Source: Octopus sinensis (lineage: Eukaryota). From it: a stretch of DNA of 64,000 bases. Positions 12,166-23,136 of this stretch are shown one piece after another. A program made the translations under genes and the position numbers. The stretch is from contig NC_043000.1 in assembly GCF_006345805.1 (NCBI RefSeq), positions 51,522,001 through 51,586,000 of the forward strand, in the 5' to 3' direction. A model generated the notes under the pieces. That model had not been told where the DNA came from. It was given only the letters and a program-made list of their open reading frames with translations, and did not search any database. Every line of letters begins with the position of its first letter. Position 1 is the first letter of the stretch.

Positions 12166-12578
12166 TTTACTCTTTACTCTTTTACTTGTTTCAGTCATGT
12201 GACTGTGGCCATGCTGGAACACCGCCTTTAGTCGAACAAATCGACCCCAGGACTTATTCTTTGTAAGCCTAGTACTTAATCTATCGGTCTCTTTTTGCAA
12301 AACCACTAAGTAACGGGGACGTAAACACACCAGCATCGGTTGTCAAGTGATGTTGAGGGTACAAACACAGACACACAAACACGCACATACACATATATAT
12401 ATATATATACATATATACGACGGGCTTCTTTCAGTTTCCGTTTACCAAATTCACTCACAAGGCTTTGGTCGGCCCGAGTCTATAGTAGAAGACACTTACC
12501 TAAGGTGCCACGCAGTGGGACTGAACCCGAAACCATGTGGTTCGTAAGCAAGTTACTTACCTCACAGCCACTCCTTGC
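12166..12578 (-). mobile_element. SINE family B, full length
   Basis: Reverse complement of 11377-11820. Confidence 0.92.
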
Positions 12579-12883
12579 TGTTTTATAGTCATGCTTCTGT
12601 ACTTGAAGAGTCTTTTGGGGTGAGATTTTGGAAAACCTTCTCTAGTTACATGTAAACAACTACATTTCAATAGGCAGGTGATGCTTCCGATAATGTAATT
12701 GGCTGATATGGTGGTACATATCATTGTTTTGTCAGCTGTGGCGTTGTTTCTCTTTCGCTTCCAGTTTCACTCACCAGGTATAGCTTAGGTATAGCTATTG
12801 AAAATGACGTTTCCTCAAGTTTCCATATAGTTGAGTTAAACTTAAGCTCTTATGGTTGTGAAATGACCTTAACCACAAGATTC

Positions 12884-13070
12884 TCTGTGTGGTCATTTGA
12901 CATGCTAGACATAGCCAATATATCTCTCCCAAATCACATTTTCATGTTAAAAATAGATAAGACCCATTAGACAATGTAGTCTTAAATATTTGAAAGAATA
13001 CGATGGTCATGGTTTGAATATATTTCATCATAAATCTGCTCATTCAGGGTTAACTAAATTCTAAACAACA
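12884..13070 (-). mobile_element. Interspersed repeat family F, degenerate
   Basis: Reverse complement resembles 52430-52620 (ccctga..gagcaga..tatgat.aa..atattc.a ... gatttg.gagaga...ggct..t.tctag). Confidence 0.5.
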
Positions 13071-13574
13071 CCCGACAACAAAAACTCTCTTTCTATGAGC
13101 TTTGTTGCTTCCTCTATGATTGATTTTGGCTGGTTGTGTAGGATATCTTGCCTTGTTATAATTAGTATGAAAATATACATAATTTCAAATTGGATCTGTA
13201 ATAAAATTAAAGAAATCAACCAATTTCCTTAAAATTTTTTTAGGTGTGGTGTCTTTCTGTTCTAGAAAATGAAATCATATTTTGACCTTAACATGCAAAA
13301 TTAAAAATAAATCAAATGTATAAAAAATGTCCTTCAGTATATTGATATTTGTTTCATAAGCACAAGGCCACAAATTTATAGGAGAGGGTTGTGATCTATC
13401 AAATTGAATACTAGTACTAAGGATAAAATCCATCTTAGTGTAATTCGAACTCAGTACACACTGGAAGGCAAATAAAGAAAGGTTGGCATTTAGTAATGTT
13501 TGTATCACTCCAGAATTACTGAAAGCATTAATAAAGCTAAATGTTTCAATCATCAATGCATTTTTTTTTATGTT

Positions 13575-13597
13575 TGTATATATATATATACGTATGC

Positions 13598-13636
<39 letters not shown>

Positions 13637-13753
13637 GTGTGTGTGTGTGTGTGTGTGTCTATATATGTATATATATAAATGTGTGTGTGTGTGTGTGTAC
13701 ATATGTACATATGATGAAATATATTCAAACCATGACCATAAGTACACACACAC

Positions 13754-13794
<41 letters not shown>

Positions 13795-13805
13795 TACACA
13801 TATAC
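13575..13805. repeat. (TA)n/(TG)n compound microsatellite with an embedded 30-nt unique insert
   Basis: Direct reading; insert at 13710-13739. Confidence 0.9.
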
Positions 13806-14264
13806 GGCTGGATATACTTTTTATGTATAAAATATACATCTAGACATGACTATTTAGTGTGAAAAAAAAAAAAAATTAGACTAGAACAAAACTTTTGAGT
13901 GAAAATTTCAATACATTCTAATATAATTTACAAGTTAAAATGTATCACATAAGTAAAAGCCTTTGAAAATCTCAACTCTTGCATCTATTTAATAGCACCT
14001 TTTAAATGTAGTATGCTTTTGATCACTTATTTAGTTAACAGTTTTAAAAGTCTCATTTTTCTAATTCACCCATAAAGGCTGCATTTGATCATTGTTTTTT
14101 TGTTATGCATCTTTGCTTGGACTCTAACACATGGTTTATATTGCAACCAACTATAATGCTTAACAAAACAAATTCTTTCTTTACTCAGGGTTTAAAATAA
14201 ATTAATATATTTCAGAAGTTATATAATCAATATAAAAATGAATATATGTACACAAATATATGTA

Positions 14265-14498
14265 GAGGCGCAATGGCCTAGTGGTTAGGGCAGCGGACTC
14301 GCGGTCGCAGGATCGCGGTTTCGATTCTCAGACCGGGCGTTGTGTGTGTTTATTGAGCGAAAACACCTAAAAAGCTCTACGAGGCTCCGGCAGGGGGTGG
14401 TGATCCCTGCTGTACTCTTTCACCACAATGGCGGTGCCCCAGCATGGCCACAGCTCAAGAGCTGAAACTGGAAAAACAAAAACAAAAACAAACAAAAA
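14265..14498 (+). mobile_element. Chimeric tRNA-derived SINE (head X + family B-type 3' tail)
   Basis: A-box TGGCCTAGTGG and B-box-like GGTTTCGATTC. Head is shared with 32175-32503. From about 14429 it switches to ggcggtgccccagcatggccacag..tgaaac, the 3' end of family B. CpG-rich, so probably young. Confidence 0.85.
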
Positions 14499-14719
14499 CC
14501 TACTCATCATATTCTTCTCCCCACATGTATATGAATACATGATATATGCATTTTGAATTCCAAATGGTAAAAAAACAGACTACTCAATACGTTATGTAGA
14601 GTGCGTATATATATATATATATACATACGAAACTTGAGTGTTAGATTAACAACAGAACACACACACTCTCTCTCTCTCTCTCTCTCCAGTGACTTTTCGT
14701 CACTGCAAAAATATATATA

Positions 14720-14965
14720 TTTTGCATTGAGAACCACTTCCCATCGCCAACTGGTGATTGTCACACCGCTAATGACGGGTCAGTACCCAGAAACTCAGAT
14801 CCATGTTTATCACATGAGGCTGGAGATGGGAACAATGACTTCCCTTTGCAAATGTTGATAGGGCACAAATAGTATGTCAATAGCCAGCTGGAGGAGATGT
14901 CTTCCTGGGGCTACAAGCTAAAGTAGCATCGACCCCTAAGGGTTAGCCACATTTAGGTGGCAAAT
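14720..14965 (-). mobile_element. GC-richer repeat fragment, possibly a non-LTR retrotransposon 5' UTR
   Basis: Composition contrasts with the flanks; contains a degenerate HDV-like arrangement (see findings). Assignment is tentative. Confidence 0.3.
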
Positions 14966-15714
14966 ATACTTCACGATATATGTGTGTGTGTGTGTATATG
15001 TATACATACACAGAGATAGACATACTTTTGTTGTTAATCAAGCACTCAAATTTTGTGTCTAGCACTTCTGAAACTAAGCTTAGTTTTATAAATATTTTGT
15101 AATAGTGAAGTGTTTGGGATTAAAAAATAACACACATGTTGTATGAAACATACATCTAAACATGACTATTTAGTGTGAAAAAATATAACAAACAGACCTG
15201 GAGCAAACTGTGTACATGCACTTAATTTAGTAATTAAGAAGCAAGCTTCTTTGCTATGTAGCCATTTCTGCACAGTCTTGGCAGAATGCATAAGAAGTTT
15301 ACTTTGCAATTTTGAGCTCTTTATGATGACATTACTGCATAACACCTTAGATAAATGTACACTACTATAGTTTCAGGTGGACCCAAGCCCTCTGTGCCTG
15401 TATATTAAAAGACCAATCCCTTCACAAACTGATTATGATGTTGATTTTGTCTGATGATTACACAAAGAGTATGCAATAATTCAGTGAAATGATGGTGCTG
15501 TGTTTTTGAAATAACTTGAATTTGTATTGTTGAATCTGACTCAAGTGCATGTATACATAGATACATGCAAGACTTTTTCACTTTCCCCATGCATCAAACT
15601 AATACACTTGCTTGTTGTTCATACACTTGCCTTTGTCTTTTGTTTTTCTATAAATTTCAAATACATACATACTCACAAAAACACCATCTGAATGTGGTCG
15701 ATACCAGGTTTGCC

Positions 15715-15942
15715 TGTGGCACATAAAAAGTAATATCTGAACATGGGCAATGCTAGGCCTGTCTGACTGGCTCCTGTGCTGGTGGCACGTAAAAAACACC
15801 CACTAACCAGTAGTTGGCATTAGGAAGGGCATCAAGCTGTGGATACATTGCCAGATCAGATTGGAGCTTAGTGCGGCTGCTGGCTCTCCAGATCTCAGTC
15901 AAACCGTCCAACCCATGACAGCATGGAAAACGGACATTAAAC
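15715..15942 (+). mobile_element. SINE family C 3' part
   Basis: ggtggcacgtaaaaaacaccc...gttggcattaggaagggcatc.agctgt...ccaacccatgacagcatggaaaacggacattaaac. Confidence 0.8.
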
Positions 15943-16515
15943 ACACACTTGTTGGGGATGCACTTACTATCATAAATATATGAGGGTGGCATATTTTGCA
16001 TGAATGTTAAGTGTGATATAAAATTTATGTTCTTTTCCCAGGGGCATTACAAATAGACGTGAAATGCTATCTACAAACAGATATCTTTTAAAGCCTATGT
16101 AGCAATATAGTGTGTGTATATATATATGTTTGTATGTAGGTAGGTACGTATGTATGTATATTTATCCATATGAATAAGTGGCTGTGTATTGCATGTGTAT
16201 CCAATTTTTATATTGTAGATTCTCTGGATTCATTCCTTTTATGATATTTCCACACTGTTCTTCAGTTTTTATTTTGGGATCTCCCTACAAATGCACCTGA
16301 TACTTTCAGATTATCCTTTTTAAGTGTTGCTGTGCATGTGAAGCAGTGGTAATTTTATTTTATTTTATCTTTCCTGTCTCCTCAGATTGCTACATAAAAC
16401 CATGCTGTGGAATTCATATTCTAGATATGAGAATATATATGATAGTATCTGTGCATTTACCTACAAACATGTAAAACAATAAATGTTGACATTGAAATCA
16501 ACTTGCCTGTCTTAC

Positions 16516-16519
<4 letters not shown>

Positions 16520-16556
<37 letters not shown>

Positions 16557-16626
16557 TATATATATGTGTGTGTGTGAGTATGTATATGTATATATTTGTA
16601 TATATATGTAATATATATATATATAC

Positions 16627-16676
<50 letters not shown>

Positions 16677-16829
16677 GTATATATATATATGCTATTATAT
16701 ATATATGTATGTGTATATATATGTATGTGTATATATATATATGTGTGTGTATATATATGTGTATATATATGTATGTGTATATATATATATGTGTGTGTAT
16801 ATATGTGTATATATATATGTATATATATG

Positions 16830-16862
<33 letters not shown>

Positions 16863-17039
16863 GTATATATATATGTATATATATATGTATGTATATGTGT
16901 ATATATATATGTATATATGTATATATATATATATATGTTATTATATATATATGTATATATGTATATATATGTGTGTATATATATTATGTGTACTTTATAT
17001 ATATATGTATATATATATGTGTATATATATATATGTATG

Positions 17040-17070
<31 letters not shown>
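16520..17070. repeat. Long (TA)n/(TATG)n/(TATGTG)n array
   Basis: Direct reading, about 550 nt. Confidence 0.97.
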
Positions 17071-17071
<1 letters not shown>

Positions 17072-17655
17072 CCTTGAATACTGTTGTCCACTGTGGTCTC
17101 CCCACACAATACAAGGTATCATAAAAGTTGAAGCACCTCAAAGGGCAATCACAAAAAAGATAGATGGCATGACAGGCCTCGACTATTGGGGTCGACTAGA
17201 AAAGCTAAAACTCTATTCTCTCCAACGTCGTCGTCAGCGCTACATCATCTGCATGATGTGGAAAATATTCCATCAGCATTGCCCAAATGATGTTGGCATC
17301 ACCTTTAAGGTACATCCAAGGCTTGGGCCCCGTGCCATCCGCCCAAAACAAAAATCGCACTCTCATCTCATAACAACAATACGGCACAATTATTTCACCT
17401 CAATTGGCCCCGCTCTCTTTAACATTACACCAAAACACATTAAAACAGAAACTGACCCTATAGGGTTCAAGAAGTCTTTGGACAGATTCCTTCAAGAAAT
17501 CCCGGATAAACCCCCTACACCCGGATATGTCTCTGTAAACAATAACTCTCTACTTGAGTGGGCCATAGTGCCCAAATTCTGACTTGAAAGACTTCACCAG
17601 GTGGTGCTATTAAGTTAGACATGGCCTGGGCCAATAATGGCCGAAACCTATCAAA

Positions 17656-17656
<1 letters not shown>
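17071..17656 (+). mobile_element. 5'-truncated CR1/L2-group LINE: RT C-terminal region plus 3' UTR
   Basis: Uninterrupted frame to the stop at 17582: [12 protein letters not shown]....[52 protein letters not shown]...[11 protein letters not shown]...[31 protein letters not shown] and FK..LD are typical of this group. Confidence 0.88.
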
Positions 17657-17706
<50 letters not shown>

Positions 17707-17728
17707 ATATGTATATATATATATATAT

Positions 17729-18018
17729 CATCATCATCATCATCGTTTAGCGTCCTTTTCCCATGCTAGCATGGGTTGGATGGTTCAACTGGGGTCTGTG
17801 AAGCCAGAAGGCTTCATCAGGCCCAGTCTGATCTGGCAGAGTTTCTACAGCTGGATGCCCTTCCTAACGCCAACCACTTTTACGTGCCACCTGCACAGGT
17901 GCCAGACAGAGCTGGCAAACAGCCACGAACGGATGATGCTTTTTATGTGCCACCGGCACGGGGCCAGGCGAGGCTGGCAACGGACACGAACGGATGGTGC
18001 TTTTTACGATGGTGCTTT
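17729..18018 (-). mobile_element. SINE family C with (GAT)n tail
   Basis: Homologous to 9781-9938 and extends further 5' (gtgccacc.gcac...acgaacggatggtgcttttta). Confidence 0.85.
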
Positions 18019-18107
<89 letters not shown>

Positions 18108-18139
18108 GTATATATATATGTATATATATATGTATAATA

Positions 18140-18223
<84 letters not shown>

Positions 18224-18245
18224 ATTTGTGTGTATACACACACAC
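18019..18245. repeat. (TA)n array
   Basis: Direct reading. Confidence 0.95.
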
Positions 18246-20040
18246 ACATACCTCTGGACAAGTCATCTGCTTAGTTCAATTTATCTGGCTGAAACATACA
18301 GTATGTACATTATAGAACAGGGTTTAAAAGAACTAGAAATTGATGCATCCAGCAGTGGAAACTAATATTTAAAAAAATATATACATCTAAGTTCCAGTTT
18401 ACTGGAAACATTTTAGCTGCACTTCTATGGGGGGAAAATAGCTGTAATACAATAAGCAGTGAATTATAAAGAAGTTATTCATATGACTATATACAGAGCA
18501 AAGTAGTTCTAGCAATAAAAGTAATGACCACTTCCGCGTCATCTGTTACATAATGGTGAAAAGCTTCTCCGGTTCTTTTCTATTTTGGATGTTAGGAATT
18601 AGTTAAATTTATCTCATTTAGATTACGCCTCGGAATCGCAGTATTTGTTTATTTGGTATTAAGCCACGAAATCTGTGAAAATATGGTCCTACTGAAACGT
18701 AAACCTCACCTATGATGGAAATGAAATACAGAAGTAGACATTGACAGTATACAGTGATATACAACATTTACTGACAATGGTGCTAGTTATACCAAATCTG
18801 TATAGTATATCATTGAAAGCAGCATCAGGTTTACCAAAATTTAAGGTCACTATGGTTGACTCTCTTTGGGTATCCTCTTGCATAACTAGTTGGTTTTATA
18901 GAAATACAGATGTGTTTTTTTTTTCAAATTTGGAAGATATCTATACTTAGCTATTTCAGAATTTTTCTTAAGTGAGGAATCAGTATATTGTGCGAATGCA
19001 GTAGCAATGTGACAGTTGCAGCAGCACAGCAGTTGCAATTTGTTGCAGAGGTTACAATGGAATTGCTGCTGGTTTCAGTGATAATGGCTTCTCTATGTGT
19101 GTGTGAGTAGAATATGAACAATGTATATTTGTGTATGTGTATGTGTGTGCGTGTGTGTGTGAGTGTGTATGTGTGTGTTTGTATATAGACATACATATAC
19201 ACTCAAGCGTTTATAAATGTATATGTGTGCATATATATACATACATACATACATACATATACAGATGTATAAATACACACACATTTCTGTGTCTGTCTGT
19301 ACACATCCAAACACACACATACATACACAGTCTGCTCTCAAAGACACAAAGCCATAAGAAAATGTATGAAACTATATACACAAAACCTTACATGGTCACT
19401 CACTAATTCACCATACACAATTATGCATACATGTCCTCAAAATTATAGCTACATTCCCAAAATTTTTTAAATGTTGAGGCAGATCTGATGTCATAAGGTC
19501 AAGTCACTGATGAGGTTACCATTGATGATAAAAGTCCTCTGAAAAATGAGATTGGTTGATCAAGCAAACAGTTAAATCAAACAATTGATTAGCTAATTGG
19601 TTAACTAATTGACTAATAGGAGTCATTTCTTATTTGGTTACCAGACTAGCAGTTTTGAGGGGAGGGTGTTATTTAATAAAACCAACTTCTGTACATCACT
19701 GATATTTTGTTTTATTGTTTTATTTACCAGAAAGGGAGGAAAAGTGAAGTTGAACATAGAATGGAAAGAAAGTTTAAAGCAAGTGGTGTAGTCTCTTGTT
19801 TGACTAAACCCTTTAAGTCTGTGCTCTATGATTGCAGACTATGATAGGGGCAAGTAAAAAATAAAGGGAAATAAAAAGAAATCATGTATATGTCATACAT
19901 GTGTTTATACATATATATGTATAAACATTATATATATATATATATGTTTGGTAAAATAGAAAGATGAATAATCTAGTTGCAGATTAATCAAAAGTTTAAC
20001 CGATACCTTGGTAGCAAAAATCACAGCTATATATATATAG

Positions 20041-20216
20041 TTAATGCAAACATGAAAACACAAAGAGAAAACACGAGAACATGGAACAAATGTAGTATTA
20101 TTGGACACTCAGGAAGGAAGGAAAGAAGGAGGGTTTAATGTTTCGAGCAGAGCTCTTCGTCAGAAACATAAGAAAAAGAAAGATCCAAAGAAGGGAAGAC
20201 GGAGGAAAAAAAAGGA
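20041..20216 (-). mobile_element. Short repeat carrying a hammerhead motif, probably a Penelope-like element terminal fragment
   Basis: Minus strand: pyrimidine-rich leader, hammerhead core, then ttcctgagtgtccaataatactacatttgtt, then (TA)n. Same layout as 154-345. Confidence 0.55.
20133..20167 (-). ncRNA. Minimal type I hammerhead ribozyme-like motif
   Basis: Minus strand GTTT-CTGACGA-A-GAGC(TCT)GCTC-GAAAC-ATT-AAAC. Stem I GTTT/AAAC, stem II GAGC/GCTC, stem III ACAT (ACGT expected). Confidence 0.7.
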
Positions 20217-20221
20217 TTTAT

Positions 20222-20350
20222 CCTTTCTTAGCCTACTACTTGTTCTATGGGTGTGTTTTGCAAAATGGCTAAGTTACAGGAATGTAAACCCAGCAATATT
20301 AGTTGTTAAACAATGGTGGGGGTACAAACACACACACAGATACACACAGA
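20222..20350 (-). mobile_element. SINE family B internal fragment
   Basis: ctaagttacaggaatgtaaacccagc...ttgttaaacaatggtgggggtacaaacac matches the family B body. Confidence 0.6.
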
Positions 20351-20367
20351 CACACACACAAATATAT

Positions 20368-20429
<62 letters not shown>

Positions 20430-20440
20430 ATATATATGCT

Positions 20441-20485
<45 letters not shown>

Positions 20486-20551
20486 ATATATATGCTCATA
20501 CATATATATATATATATATATATATAGATAGATATATATACATAGATGCAC

Positions 20552-20588
<37 letters not shown>

Positions 20589-20589
20589 G

Positions 20590-20590
<1 letters not shown>
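20350..20590. repeat. (TA)n array with repeated 'tgtatgtatatatatatgctcatacat' units
   Basis: Direct reading; unit seen at about 20421 and 20477. Confidence 0.9.
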
Positions 20591-20887
<297 letters not shown>

Positions 20888-21769
20888 CACTACATTTATT
20901 TATGTAGTTTGTGTGAGTGTAGGAATAAGAGAATAATGGAGAAATTGATCAGAGATATAAGATGGATGGGTAATTAAGGCAATTGTTTGAGGAAAGGGAG
21001 GAAATGTGAAAGGTAAAAGGAATACATACAGTAAGACAGAACTTAGAGTTATAAAGACTTGATGACAGAACCAGAAATGGCAGATGATAAATAAAGCTAG
21101 TGTTATGTATATTAATAGTACTGTAAGAAATAGACAGATATGTTGCTAGATATTTGTCACTAGACTTTGTAGTTTGCTGTTAGTCTGTATTTGCATAATT
21201 TGCATTGAAAGGAAATCGACATACAAATATAGAAGACAAACAAAGATAGAATAGGAATTATCAGGGTATGTAGGTTAACAGCAAGTTTGTTATGAAAATA
21301 TGTAGATAATTCACTGCTAATATTTAATTACAAACATCCCAAGATTCTATTGATAGTGAGTTTTATTACATAATCTGACTTAATATTTTCCTGGTGTATT
21401 TACTAGTGGCTGAATGGTCAAACTGTGGATCATTGGATATTTGATTATCACAACTTGGAACTCTACTAGAGCCGTTAATAAAATCGTTGGAAAAACTTAA
21501 GGAAAATAATTAAAGCCATATTTTTGTAGAGAAAACATTATGTTGATAGATAGAAGACTATAGAAGATTATAGGTGTGCATGCTTGCATGTATGTGTGTG
21601 TGTTTGTAAATAAGTATATGTGTATGTATATAAGTCATGTTGAATATGTGACTGTGTTCTAGTTTTATGTTTCTTATCAAAGTTATTTTCTTTTTTCATC
21701 TTCACATATAATTTTCTGTTTCATCAGAACATTGAAGTTCCTACATTCCATTATCAATATTCATAGACC

Positions 21770-21990
21770 TGAAAGCCATGAGCTGGTGGAATTGTTAGCA
21801 TGTCAGACAAAATTCTTAGTGGCATTTCTTCTGCCTTCATGTTACCAGTTCCATTTCTGTCAAGGTCAGCTTTGCCTTCTATCCTTTTGGTGTTGATGAA
21901 ATAAGTACTAGTTAAACACCGGGGTTGATTTAATCAACTTAGTCCCTCCCCTGAGATTGCTGGCATTGTGCCAACATTTGAAACCAGTAT
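21770..21990 (+). mobile_element. SINE family E, diverged
   Basis: gagctggtggaattgttagc...aaattcttagtggcatttc...aaggtcagctttgccttctatcctttt ggtgttgatgaaataagtac..., colinear with 41981-42196. Confidence 0.75.
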
Positions 21991-22906
21991 CTATAGACCT
22001 TCATAATCTCATTATCTGGACAAAGTGATGTTGAAATCTGTTAATCACTGTTTATAGTAGGCAAATCCAAGATTACCAGTGAAGATGTTTATGCTGAAAT
22101 TTAATTTCAATTGTTAGATTAATACAATATTAGTTGCCTTTTTTTTTTTTTTACTAGTGTATGTTATCTTTCCATTTATTTTAACATTGTTCTATACCGT
22201 AATTATTGCTTCTATTAATAATCTGCTGCAAATTCTTTGAAGCATAGATGTGTTGCCCATTAATGTTTTCCAATCCAGTTTTATGTTGTGAGGTGTAGTG
22301 TATTGCAATTGCTCTTTTGTAAGTGTGCATATATGTGTGTATATGTCTGTGTGTCTTTTGTATTTCCTGTTTTGCTCTATTTTCTTGGTGTTACCAAAGT
22401 TGATCAAAGCTTACATCCCCACCTCCGGCATAAAACACTAGTCTTTCACAAACAGTGCTTTTATTTGGGGCTGTGCATATTCCAGACAGCTAGGTAAATT
22501 GACGTAATGCAAAATTAAATTTTTTAAAAGAAATATAGTAGTGTATATTAACAAAATATATGATCAGACTGTCTAAGAATAGTTATTATATCATTCCCTC
22601 ACTCATCTTACTTCTACTTAACAAAATATTTTAGGGTTTCACTTGATAAGGTTAACCCTACATATTTTCTATAGACACTATAGCCAGCACTGATTTTGTT
22701 ACGCTGTTTTGTATCTGAGATGCCTGATGTAAACAACAACAATGAGATTGATGATAAAAAGGAAGTAATAGGTGTATATGACATATTCCAGGAGCTCTTG
22801 TTCTTTCATCAACAGCCATCCAACTCATTAATCAACAATGAATTCATTGCTTAAATAGCCACTGCATGTAGCAGTGTAACATTATTGGATATACCAATTT
22901 TACATA

Positions 22907-23136
22907 TTAACCCTTTTGATACCAACCCGGCTGAAACTGCCTCTGGCTCTGTGATACAAATGTCTTGTTTTCAAAATTTCTGAATTAAAGTCTTCAACCA
23001 AACCTTTGTCAGAATTTGTGTTCCTAACACAAGCTTATTGGTAACTAAATTATTTTACTAAATTCTTTGTTATATTTAAAATTAATTGAAAGAAACACAG
23101 AGCATCTCAACAGAAATATGGTAACAAAAGGGTTAA
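22907..23136. mobile_element. piggyBac-type MITE (222 bp) with TTAA target-site duplication
   Basis: TTAA 22907-22910, left TIR CCCTTTTGATACCA, right TIR TGGTAACAAAAGGG (13 of 14 complementary), TTAA 23133-23136. Confidence 0.88.

Noticed and set aside
14265-14340. tRNA-like sequences at SINE heads (also 43573, 32503, 11377)
   Set aside because: They have A/B boxes but no complete cloverleaf and continue into SINE bodies; not called as tRNA genes.
17625-17656. CTG-GGCC-AATAAT-GGCC-GAAAC at the LINE 3' end, resembling a hammerhead
   Set aside because: Lacks the ANGA of the core and has no stem I or III; treated as the LINE 3' stem-loop.
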